From Octopus vulgaris (Eukaryota), in the NCBI GenBank assembly GCA_951406725.2, contig OX597820.1, positions 72,044,001-72,108,000 of the forward strand: a stretch of 64,000 nucleotides of DNA, in the 5' to 3' direction. Below are positions 53,545-64,000 of this stretch, one piece after another. A program made the translations under genes and the position numbers. Positions within the stretch are counted from its first letter, which is position 1. Every line of letters starts with the position of its first letter. The notes under the pieces were generated by a model. That model did not search any database and had not been told where the DNA came from. It worked only from the letters and a program-made list of their open reading frames with translations.

Positions 53545-53912
53545 TTAAGTCTGTAGAAATAATAATTAATAATAAACTATCACCTCACTCTTCTTAATTT
53601 TCAGCCTTATGCCTATGGAAATAATAATTAATAATTAATAAAAGTATTACCCCCTCACCATTTAATTTGTAGTCTTCTATCTATAGAAATTATAATTAAT
53701 AAACTATCGCCCACTCCCCATTTAATTTGTGGCTTTATTACTATATAAATAATGATTAATAAACCATCACCCCTTCCCCTCATCAATTTGTGGCTTTATG
53801 TCTATAGAATAATTACTAATAAACTGTCATCTTTCCCTCCTCTTGTCTTTAACAATAAATAAACTACCTTCCTTCTCTCCTCAATTGTGGTTATTGTGTC
53901 TATAGAAATAAT
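53545..53912 (+). repeat. Diverged ~60-bp tandem repeat (about 6 units)
   Basis: Recurrent tagaaataataattaataaactatcaccc...aatttgtggc.ttatg. Confidence 0.75.
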
Positions 53913-54479
53913 AGCATTGTTTAATGAATTGTTTGTTTTCCATTGGAGATGATGTTAGCCTTTTACAAATATGTCATGGATGTTGATTCCTCATCAGTCT
54001 CTTGGCTTTTCCCTAACATGTCTACTTACTGAACTGTGACAATCTCTATTTTCCTCAATTTTATCAATATTTAACTCTTTAGATTTCACATTACCCTGTC
54101 AAATGTAATACTTATTTATTCACATTGTTTTGAATTAGTATAGTTGTGAGATTTCTGTGACATGACTTTTTACTTTGGGAATTATATTGTAAGGTAGGCT
54201 AGATCTGGCTGACTTGAAGGTAGAAGGAGGTAGAATATTTAGACCAGATTTGACTGGTCTGAATGCTAACGGGTTAAGTTGTATGAAATAACATTTTCGA
54301 TAAAGTTGTTATTATTGTTTGAACTCAAACACATTGATCAATTCATACATAATTGATTGTTATATCATTTTTATGTCACATATTAAATTAAATGCATATA
54401 TAATGGCAGAATATATGCATTGTTAGATGTGTTGAGAATCTGATTTTTCTCTTTTAAACTTGGTCTGGGTCATTGTGAT

Positions 54480-54720
54480 ATAGCATTCAACAAGTCAGGT
54501 ATCAGGCATTCATTCCAAAATGCCTGGTTTCATATTTCCATTGCATGAATATCTTGATGGAATTGTTCACTTTTGTCATTGCTTATTGCATCAAAAGCTT
54601 TTGAAGGGAAATCTAAAAGAGAACGTTTAGTGACAACTGACAACCTATTTTCTTTTTGCAAGGTTACAAAGCAATTATCATCTCTGCCTTTACATGACGT
54701 ATTCTTATTGTTCTGCAGAA
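54480..54720 (-). mobile_element. DNA transposase remnant (LDFFPxNLGAVSDEHGERFHQDI-type family; superfamily not assigned)
   Basis: LDFPSKAFDAISNDKSEQFHQDIHAMEI*NQAFWN. Confidence 0.55.
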
Positions 54721-55999
54721 AGGTTTTCCATTGCAATTCATAAACCTGCCAGGCCTTTAATCACAACATATTGAAGGTTTATGCAGTTTAAGTTTTCTTT
54801 AAAACTTCCCTGGTTTGCATCCCCATAGAGAAATATCCTCTTTTAACCGTGACACTATCACATTTGGTAATATTTTAGAGTTGTAAGGCAGTGAGCGCAC
54901 CAGGCAAAATAAATGCTGAATCAACCTTTCCATGAATCTCCTGGCATCAGAAATTGCCTTCATTTGTAAAATACCAACTCTATTCACAAATTAAAAAGAT
55001 GTGCATTTACAAATTAAGCTAGTCTTTGCCACCAGAAAGAATCACGAATCAATTTGTTGAATGCTAAGCAGCATTTCATCCATCTTTATGTTCTGAGTTC
55101 AAATCTTGCTGAGGTAAACTTTGTTTTTCATTTTTTGGGGTCAATAAAATAAAGTAGCTGTCAAGTTCTGAGATCGATGTAATTGATTTGTCCTCTCCCC
55201 TTAAAACTTCTGGCCTTGTACCCTTGAACAAAGACCTGGTATCTCGATTAGGGAAAATATTGTGATCTTTGTCACTCACATGCCATTGAAACTGGGTAAT
55301 GAGTCTTATGAGTTCTGGGGCTCAAGAAAAATAAAAGAGAAATAAAAAAAATTTTTTAAACGTGTATAGATGGTCAAGATATCTTTTTAGGATCTCCTTA
55401 GTGTACAGGTTGGATTTTATTTATTCATGGGACCCAGTGGCTGTGTCAATATTTACTCCATTATGATTCATTTAGCATGTCTGTAAATCCTATTTGCATA
55501 CCCATTATCAAGCCAATAACTTTGAAATTGCTTCAGGATTTCCTTTGATCAATGATGGTAGACATTCATAGCTAAAGAAAAATAATTCTGCATTTTCTTG
55601 CTGAACGACTTGCATAAGTGATTTATTGATTGTGATCAAATGTATGTGTTGTACTCTAGCTTTCTTCTGCAATAAAATTGATGATGCCTGAACAGGTGCA
55701 CAAGTGTACCAAATATCAGATGTCAAAGTGATCACAGAGTAGCATGAGATGAAGAGTTTTGCTCAAGAACACAATACACTTCTCAAACCTGGAATCGAAA
55801 GCTTGATCTTACAAGCATGATAACAACATCCTAACCCCTAGGCCATGATCCCTCAACATTCATAAATATGGTGTTGAATATTATCCCATAGTATATCCAT
55901 GTTATCACATAGAATATCCATATGTCCCTTTTGGATTGAAAGAGTGAGAATTCTTGTTATGCAGCAGAGCTGCCCCTAAGTGTTTCTGTGATGAATCCA

Positions 56000-57045
56000 T
56001 CATGTACTGGTCAGATATTGCATGAGAATATTTGAAAGAAGCACTGGATGGCACTAGCGTAGCTAGAGTGAGTGCCACCTGGAGTGACCCTTCTGTTTGC
56101 TGCCCCTGGACCGCACAAAAAACACATTGCCTACAATAGGATGAAAAGTACTGCCCCTTTAAAAGTGCTTCCTGGGGTAGACTGACCCTACTGCACCCGC
56201 CTAACTATGCTAATGCTGGATGGAAAATTCAAGGAAGAGCAAGCAGAATTTCAGACAGGAAGAGCATGTGCCAAACAGATTTTTCTACTGCAAAAATGTA
56301 GAATCCCAACAGTGTGTAGAATTCCAACAACCACAGGACATCAGCTTAATTGATTTCAGTAAAGCCTTTTGACAGAGTATCTAAAGAAACTCTGTTGTGC
56401 ATTGCCAAGATATAGGCAAGCTGAGGAGGTTAAATTTCTATTTTAAGAATCTGTATATCAGCTCAAACTGTTGTGTGAGAACTGAAAGCAGCAACACAGA
56501 AATTTTCAACATTGTCACAGGAGGGAGGCAGGGTTGTCTCCTGACACACTTGTCATATCTTCTGGTCATCAACTGGATCATGCAGAGAGTCATAAATGGA
56601 CTGGCTGAATAAAGTGGACTGTTGGCAACACCTGGCTGATTTGGATTATGTTGAAGATATTGTGCTCCTAGCTGAGTCATGTTCAGTACTACAACAAATT
56701 ACAGCTAGAATGACTGAAGAAGTAGCAAAGGTAAGCCCAAGGGTCAACTCTGAGAAAACCAAGGTGATGCCGGCCAATGGATTAGGAGATATAGACATCC
56801 TTGTGAATCAAGGATCTGCTGAAAACATCACCAATTTCACCTACCTGGGTGGCGTTATTGCAAAAGAGTTGGATACTGAGGTAGATGTCAACTTCATAAT
56901 CAGGCATGCAATGGTAATATTCAGAGGAATGAACAGGATATGAGCCAGTGCTTCGATTAGCAACAATATGAAGATTTTGCTGTTTAAGAGCATCATCCTG
57001 CCAACAAGAGTTTATGCAGGAGAAACTTGGCTGTTTCAATACTTC
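56000..57045 (+). mobile_element. RTE-clade LINE RT remnant
   Basis: EEQAEFQTGRAC, IDFSKAF, TGGRQGCLL, LADLDYVEDIVLLAES, VNSEKTKVM, FTYLGG. Confidence 0.9.
56052..56215. mobile_element. hAT-like MITE nested in the RTE remnant
   Basis: TIRs cactagcgtagctag / ctaactatgctaatg; perfect 8-bp TSD ctggatgg. Confidence 0.85.
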
Positions 57046-57194
57046 CCACATATCTTCTTAAATATATAATTAACAACATAATTATATAAGACATGAAAAC
57101 ATATGCTCAAGGATAATTTGGAAAATATTACTGAAGCAGCAGAAGGAAATTTTTTTTAAGTATATTGTTCGCCACCTCTAGCCAAACAATTATT

Positions 57195-57237
57195 CTGTGC
57201 TGATGAAGGGAAATAACCTGGAAATCGCAATACACAG
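57195..57237 (+). ncRNA. Minimal type I hammerhead ribozyme motif
   Basis: CTGTG [CTGATGA] AGG gaaataa CCT g [GAAA] T cgca A TA CACAG: 5-bp stem I, AUA site. Confidence 0.65.
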
Positions 57238-60089
57238 ATATTGTTTTGAGCTGAGTGGGGGTGCTAGATTCCCTTGTTCAAAAATATAAGGACACAGATC
57301 ATGTTGTAGAGCCAGCTGGAGACGATGTCTCCTGGGGCTAAATTACAGCAATATTCGTCCTAAACCAGGACTGCCATGTTATGGTGGCAAACAATCTTTA
57401 CTATAAAGTACTGTTGCTGAATATCTCACTTTGTGAAATTTAAAAATAGTCATTTTCTAATATATGATATTGATCATCTTCCATTTCTTTTTGTTACTTT
57501 TTCATAGATTTCACTCTCTGCATTCATCAATTGCAAACTCTGTGCAGCATTCTGCATTTTATAGCATTAAAATTGGGAAATTCCGAAGTTTAACATGATT
57601 GAGCTTTAAAACTTTTTGATTATTTTTTATGTTTAAGCACCAAACTGGATGTCATGTAAAGTGCACTTGCACTGATGCTATGTAAACGCACCCATGCCAG
57701 TGACATTTAAAAAGCACCCACTACACTCTGTAAAGTGGTTGGTATTAGGAAGGACATCCAGGTGTAGAAACCATACCACAAGAGACACTTGGAGCCTGAA
57801 CAGCTCGCCAGTTAGGCCAGCTCCTGAAATGGTCCAACATGAAAAACGGACGTTAAGCAATGATGATGATGATGATGACACACACATATTTACGATGTAT
57901 CTGTGTTGTGAGTGTATATGTCTTGGTAAATAGACAAGTAGGTAATAAGTAATCAGTTTCACTCACAAACACTGCTCATCTCAGGGCTACAGTAGAATAC
58001 ATTTATCCAAGATGCCAAACAATATGATTGAACCCATGATCATGTAGTTTCAAAGTAAACATCTTGACCACACAGCCCATACCTGCACATATGTAATATT
58101 GGATAGCAAAGCAAATTTAACTTTCACAAGCTCTGTACTTTGTAACTTAACTATTCCGATGTATTATGGCTGAGATACTTATTTTTCAACTCAGTAGAGG
58201 GAAACAAATGGAATGAAATGCTTCACCAAAGAATATAACAGACCACTCAGGACAGGATTTGAACTCATAAAGAAGATTGGGGGAGAGTATTCTTATATAT
58301 AGAATTTGTTTATTTTAAACAAACAAATGTTGAAAATTGCTTGATTCTCTCTAGTGGCAGAGACTAGCTTGCTTTGTAAATACACATCTTTTTAATTTGT
58401 GAGTAGAGCTGGTATTTTACAAGTGAATGCATTTTCCGATGCAAGGAGATTCATGGAAAGGTTGGTTCTGCATTTATTTTCCAGCTTTAATCCAACCAAA
58501 ATTAGATGCTGCCACTTAAGACACACTACACTGGATGCAATAGAATTCCGAATTGTTCTGAATAAAATTGTGTAAACAATGTATATTCCATTCACCTATT
58601 TTTATAGACACAGGGGACATAGCTATGATATGGTTAAGAAGTATACAGTACAGGCATGTGGTTCCGAGTTCAATTAACACCTTGGGACAGTTTCTTTAAT
58701 AACTTCCAAAATTGTGAGTGAAACCTAGAGAATAGATATTATGCTGAAGCCTGTTATACATGTATGTATTCCTTGATAATATGAGGGCTACCTCTGTCTC
58801 TCTATTATACTTTAATCTCTTAGTTCCACTCCTTCTCTAATCTAAGAGGTCCTTGTTTTGCAAGCTGAAGGGTGCTGGTGCCACTTAGAAAGCAACTGTG
58901 CTTTTAAGGGTGCAATGTAAAATGCACCCTTGTTTGTGCCACATAAAATGTACCCTATAATCTCTGTAAAGAGGCTGGCACTAGGAAGGGCATCCAGCTG
59001 TAGAAATCATGGCAAAACAGACAATTGGTGACTGATGCATCTCTTCAGTTTGCAAGCTCCTGTGAAACTGTCCAAACCCATTATCATCATCAGCATCATT
59101 TAATGTCCAGCTTCCTTGCTGGCATGGGTTAAATGGTTTGACAGGATCTGATGACTGTGGCATGCTCCAGTGTCTAGTTTCACATGGTTTCTACAGCTGG
59201 ACACTCTTCGCAATGCTAACTGCTTTACAAAATGTACAGGATACTTTTTTCATGGTACCAGTCCTAGTGAAGTTTGCCTTTATAACTTGCAAGTCTAAGA
59301 GCCTAAAGTGTCTCCTATATCTGAGGGAAAAGGAGTGAGTGATAATTCTAGGTTGGGGAAATGATGGAGGACAAGATGAAAGGAGCTGATTTATAGTTGC
59401 TAAGAGTGATAGTAGAGAGAGTAACAAAGTAGTAGAGTGGGCCTTAATTGGGGGTAGGTATAGGAGAGAGCAGGGGATATAAAAGGGATAAGTAATAGAA
59501 CTGAGAGAAAGATGAGAGGGATGATGTGGAAATGTGTTATGGAGGTCTAGTACAACACTACCTTATAAAGGCAAGTATGGACAGTGGAAGTGAATATATT
59601 GGATGGAGAAACTTGAGAGAGACATTGAAAGAAGGAAAAGTGAGGAGGTTGTGAGGATAGGCCAGAGAGGGAAAGATGAGGAGGTGTGTTGAAGAGGTGA
59701 AAAAGCTGTGAGGGTGAGTGCAATGAGAGAAACAGACCCTGGAGGGTACAAGAGAGATAGGGAGAAATGGAAGAACAAAGTGTCAATGCTGTGAAAGCAT
59801 CCCAGATGGGGAAGTAGTGAAAAGGGTCCCAAATAAGAAGGCAATGTTTTTGAATACATGTGTGGGTTAGACTGATGCATAATACTGAGCTGTTTTTCTT
59901 ATAACTGGATGTCTTTTTCTCATGTTAACATTTACCTGTTTTTAAAGTTAGGAATTATTTCATTTCACTCACCTATGTGCATGGCCTAGTAGTTAAGGTG
60001 TTGCACTCATGCTTAGAATGGATGTTGAGTTTATCATTCACATAAAATATTGTAATTTGACCATTTGGTGAATTGACATTGATAAAATA

Positions 60090-60403
60090 ACTGTTATTGT
60101 TGTTTGTTTCTTCTGAAGCCATACCTGGCTCAGAAGGGCTGGTTTCTCGGTTTCATTGGCATATAGGTTCCCCACCTGGATGGGATGCCGGTCTATCGCA
60201 GGTGAGCTGCTAGATGCAGGGGGGGAAGGAGTGCGAGAAAGTTGTGGCACAAAAGTCAGCAGAAGTTCACCAGTACCTTCTGCCGGAGCCGTGTGGAACT
60301 TAGTGTTTCACTCATAGACACACACATCACCCAGTTTGAGATTCGAACCTGTGATCCCTCAACTGTGAGTCAGCTGCTTTAACCATTAGGCCATGTGCCT
60401 CCA
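60090..60403 (-). mobile_element. tRNA-derived SINE, family 4
   Basis: Minus-strand head gtggaggcacatggcctaatggttaaagcagctgactc...ggttcgaatctc with A and B boxes; related heads near 30800, 55700-55850 and 59980. Confidence 0.7.
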
Positions 60404-60665
60404 CAATAAAATAAGTAACAAACTGAAATAAGTTCTGGGATGGAGACAGCTAAAACTCTTGAAGGCTGTACCCCAACATGGCTGATATCAGACCATATAA
60501 TGTCCTAAATATCAGACCAAATAATGTCTTAAATATTGGGCCATAGAATTAAAAACATAAAAACAATTTGTTAGAGGTCAATCAGAGAAAGAACTCCTTT
60601 TAATGATGCCAGTTCAGCTGGAGGAAATGAACTAATGTATCATCTTTTCATTTTGTGTGGAATCC

Positions 60666-61632
60666 TTGCTAGAACCATTGTTAGAGCTATCACCAGAGTT
60701 ATTGCTAAAACAATTACTAGAGCCATTGCTAGAGCCATTGCTAGATCCACCACTAGTTCCAGCACCGGATTAACCATTAAGCAAAATAAGCACGTGCTTA
60801 GGGTATCAAAGGAAGGAGGGGCACCGCAGAAATGGTAATTTGTTTACAGCACAAAAGAAATCACTTTAAATTTGCTAAAATAATATTCGGGATGCCTTTA
60901 TCTCTACTAAGTATAGATGCAGATGTGTTACCTAAGATTAATTTTGACGATTAGATCAAAGGCTTTGCAGTTCAAAAAAGTAGAAGGAAACTTTTCAAAT
61001 ATAAATAAATTGAAAGTTTACAAAAATAAACATCATTTTCCCTCTTACTGTTTTGCTTCATTTTGAAAAATAAAAATTTATTTTATGGTTTGTTATTGCT
61101 TATATTTTGAATTCCATAATCTTTCATGGGGACACCTAAATCTTTTAAGTGCTTAGGGCCTCGATGGTTCTTAATCTGGCCCTAACTAGTTACATTGCTA
61201 GAGCTATCACTAGAACCATTGCTAGAGCCATCACTTGATCCATTGCTTGAATCATTCCTAAAGTCATCGTTAGAGCCATCACTAGAACCATTTCTAGAGC
61301 CATCACTTGATCCATTGCTTGAATCATTCCTAGAGTTATTATTAGAACCAACGCTGGAACCATTGCTAGAGCCATCACTTGATCCATTGCTAGAACCATG
61401 CCTACAGTCATCGTTATAGCCCCTGCTGGAACTATTACTAGCGCCATCACTTGATGCATTGCTAGAACCATGCCTAGAGTCACGGTTATAGCCATTGCTG
61501 GAACCATTTCTAGAGCCATCACTTGATCCATTGCTTGAACCATTCTTAGAGTCATTGTAATATCCACTGCTGGAACCATTACTAGAGCCATCACTAGAGC
61601 TACCACTTGAACTATTGCTAGAGCCATCGCTC
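60666..61632. repeat. 12-bp minisatellite (ctagagccattg) with a 72-bp higher-order period, split by a MITE
   Basis: cttgat(c/g)cattg recurs at 61234, 61306, 61378, 61450 and 61522. Confidence 0.9.
60760..61184. mobile_element. hAT (Tip100-like) MITE
   Basis: TIRs cagcaccggattaa / ttaatctggcccta; TSD actagttc / actagtta. Confidence 0.8.
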
Positions 61633-61908
61633 AACTACTTCACTCTTAGCTTCAGGTTTATGATAAATGACAAAATAAGCAGATGCAACCTTTCTTTTAT
61701 CAAATCAACTTGTTTATTTGATCTCTCTATCTCTCTTTCTTCTTCTTCTTCTTCTTCTTCTTCTTCTTCTTCTTCTTCTTCTTCTTCTTCTTCTTCTTCT
61801 CTTTCTCCTTCTCCTTCTCCTCCTCCTCCTCCTCTCTCACTTTCTCCATCTATCTCATTCTCCCACTTTCCCACCTCCTACATTTGTACGCACATATCCA
61901 TGTGCACT

Positions 61909-61950
<42 letters not shown>

Positions 61951-62197
61951 TTTGTGCTTCAGTGTGTGTGTGTGTATGTATGAGAGCATATGTCTGTGCA
62001 TGTGTGTCACTGTATATATCTCTATCTATCTATCCATCTGTCTATCTATCCATCTATCTATCTATCTATCTATTTATCTATCTATCTATCTGTCTATCTA
62101 TTTATCTATCTATCTATCTGTCTATCTATCTAACCATCTCTCTATCTATCTATCTATCCATCTGTCTATCCATCTGTCTATCTTTCTATCTATCTAT

Positions 62198-62243
<46 letters not shown>

Positions 62244-63619
62244 ATGTATCTATGTATATATTTACACACATACACATTACAGTTTTTGAAGACTGAATCG
62301 GCTTTTATCTATACCACTCGCTATAATTATTCTCAGATATAAAGTAGTTTTTAAGGTTTATATCGAATTCTTCCCATATATCATATCAAATATTAGATGT
62401 CAAACAGATTTCTCTTTCCCATTCACTGTGCTTCTTTTAAGTTTTAATCTTGCTTATATCATGGTGAACTCTCTATAATGTTTCTTCCAATATAAAACTG
62501 ATGAATTAGAGAATATACACGCATACATACACACATACATGCACACACATACATACATACATACATACATACATACATACATACATACATACATACATAC
62601 ATGTATATGTATATCCTTCAGATTGTTTTCTATTATGCCAAATATTTGTTAGTCATTTTTACTTACTCTAAACTTGTGCTTATATATCATGTTGTATAAA
62701 TATATTCTTAAGTAGCTAAGACATTTTAGTTTTATAGATATGGTGGATATTACCATATTCAGATAACTTATTTACTTCGTTATGAGTGTTAGTTCAAAAG
62801 CACTGTTAGTTCAAAATAGCAACTGGTGTATTATACTTAAAGCACTTATTTACTGTTGAAAACTGGGTTTTGATTTGCTCATGTCTAATGAGATATTATT
62901 GTGGAGAGATATTGACAGACATGATGGAAACTTCTCGTTCAGTTCTTGATTGATAAGATTGTAAAAATGTATTTTATATCCTGCACTAAATAAATAAACA
63001 ACATTTATTGTGATATTAAAACATTGATTGTGATATTAAGTAGTATTCCATAATTGTCAATTATAGATTTGGATGCACAGTAATTGGTGTGTAAGATTTG
63101 AGAGGGGGAGAGAGAGAGAAGTGAGAAAGTGTGTATGTGTGTGAGAGAGAGAGAGAGAGAGTGGTAGAGAGAGAAAGAGAGAGAAATAGAGAGAAAGAGA
63201 GAGAAAGACAGATTAAGAGAAAGCTTGTGTGTGAGAAAGAGTGAAAGAGAGTATTTGTGTGTTACAGAGAAAGAGAGAGTTTGGGAGTGAAAGAATGAGA
63301 GAGAGAGAGGGGGGGGGAGAGAGAAAGAGAGTGAGATTAAGAAGAAGAGGCAGACAATGTATAAGATAGAATGAGAGATAGAAATATATTAGATATGTTG
63401 CTGAAAGGAATTTGGGTAATTAATAGCAATCAAACATTTGAACTAGCTGCTAAATATCTATAAATTTCATTGCTTTTTTTTTGGTTTATTTTCCGTTCTT
63501 TTTTTATCTGTTTTTATCAGTAAATTGCACTGAATGTCTAATGTTTTCTGTCTCTTTAGATTATAATGAGAGTTTAATATCTCAAAAGTTTATATAAATT
63601 GTACTGAACTGTTTCAGTG

Positions 63620-64000
63620 TTATTGTCGTCATCATTATTTCTATCGTCATTACTGCTGCCGTCATCATCGTTGTCATCGTCATCATGATCACCACAGCTT
63701 CCACTGTCATCACTGTGGCTGCTGTTACTGCCATTGTCATCACCACCACTACTGCCACTGCCACCACTGCCGCCACCACTACCATCATCACCGTCATCAT
63801 CATCGTCACCACAACCTCTGTTACCATTGCTGCTGCTGCTCTCATCATCATCATCATCGCCAAAGACTATACTGCCAACACCATGGCTGTCGTTATCATC
63901 ACCACCACCACCACCACCACCACCACCATCATCGTCATCATCATCTTCGCCACAACCTCTGTCACTGTTGCTGCTGCTGCTGCTCTCATCATCATCATCA
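63620..64000. repeat. Compound trinucleotide microsatellite (CAT/CAC/GCT)
   Basis: Direct inspection. Confidence 0.9.

Noticed and set aside
60330-60403. tRNA gene (also the heads near 30800 and 43280)
   Set aside because: A and B boxes are present but there is no clean cloverleaf and the sequence continues into a SINE body

Overview
AT-rich, microsatellite-dense animal genomic DNA, most likely Octopus/cephalopod (inferred from the SINE families and the density of (TA)n, (CA)n, (TACA)n and (GAT)n repeats; not verified by search). It is almost entirely intronic/intergenic and filled with nested transposon remnants: Tc1 x2, mariner x3, a decayed Gypsy element with both LTRs, HERO-, R4/Dong-, RTE- and CRE-like LINE fragments, several Penelope-like elements (PLEs), hAT/piggyBac/Mutator-like MITEs and four SINE families. 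Most ORFs in the supplied track are microsatellite artefacts. The only host-gene-like sequence found is a nuclear-receptor first zinc-finger exon ([29 protein letters not shown]1H/EcR-LXR-FXR type, minus strand 518-612), which fills the loop of a ~70-bp inverted repeat. The main unexplained signal is a set of short PLE-terminus-like units sitting mostly in (TA)n. They carry minimal type I hammerhead ribozyme motifs from several unrelated sequence families. Three of them are fold-back palindromes that each have an exactly 15-nt central spacer. All alignments and folds were done by eye, so identities and some boundaries are approximate.
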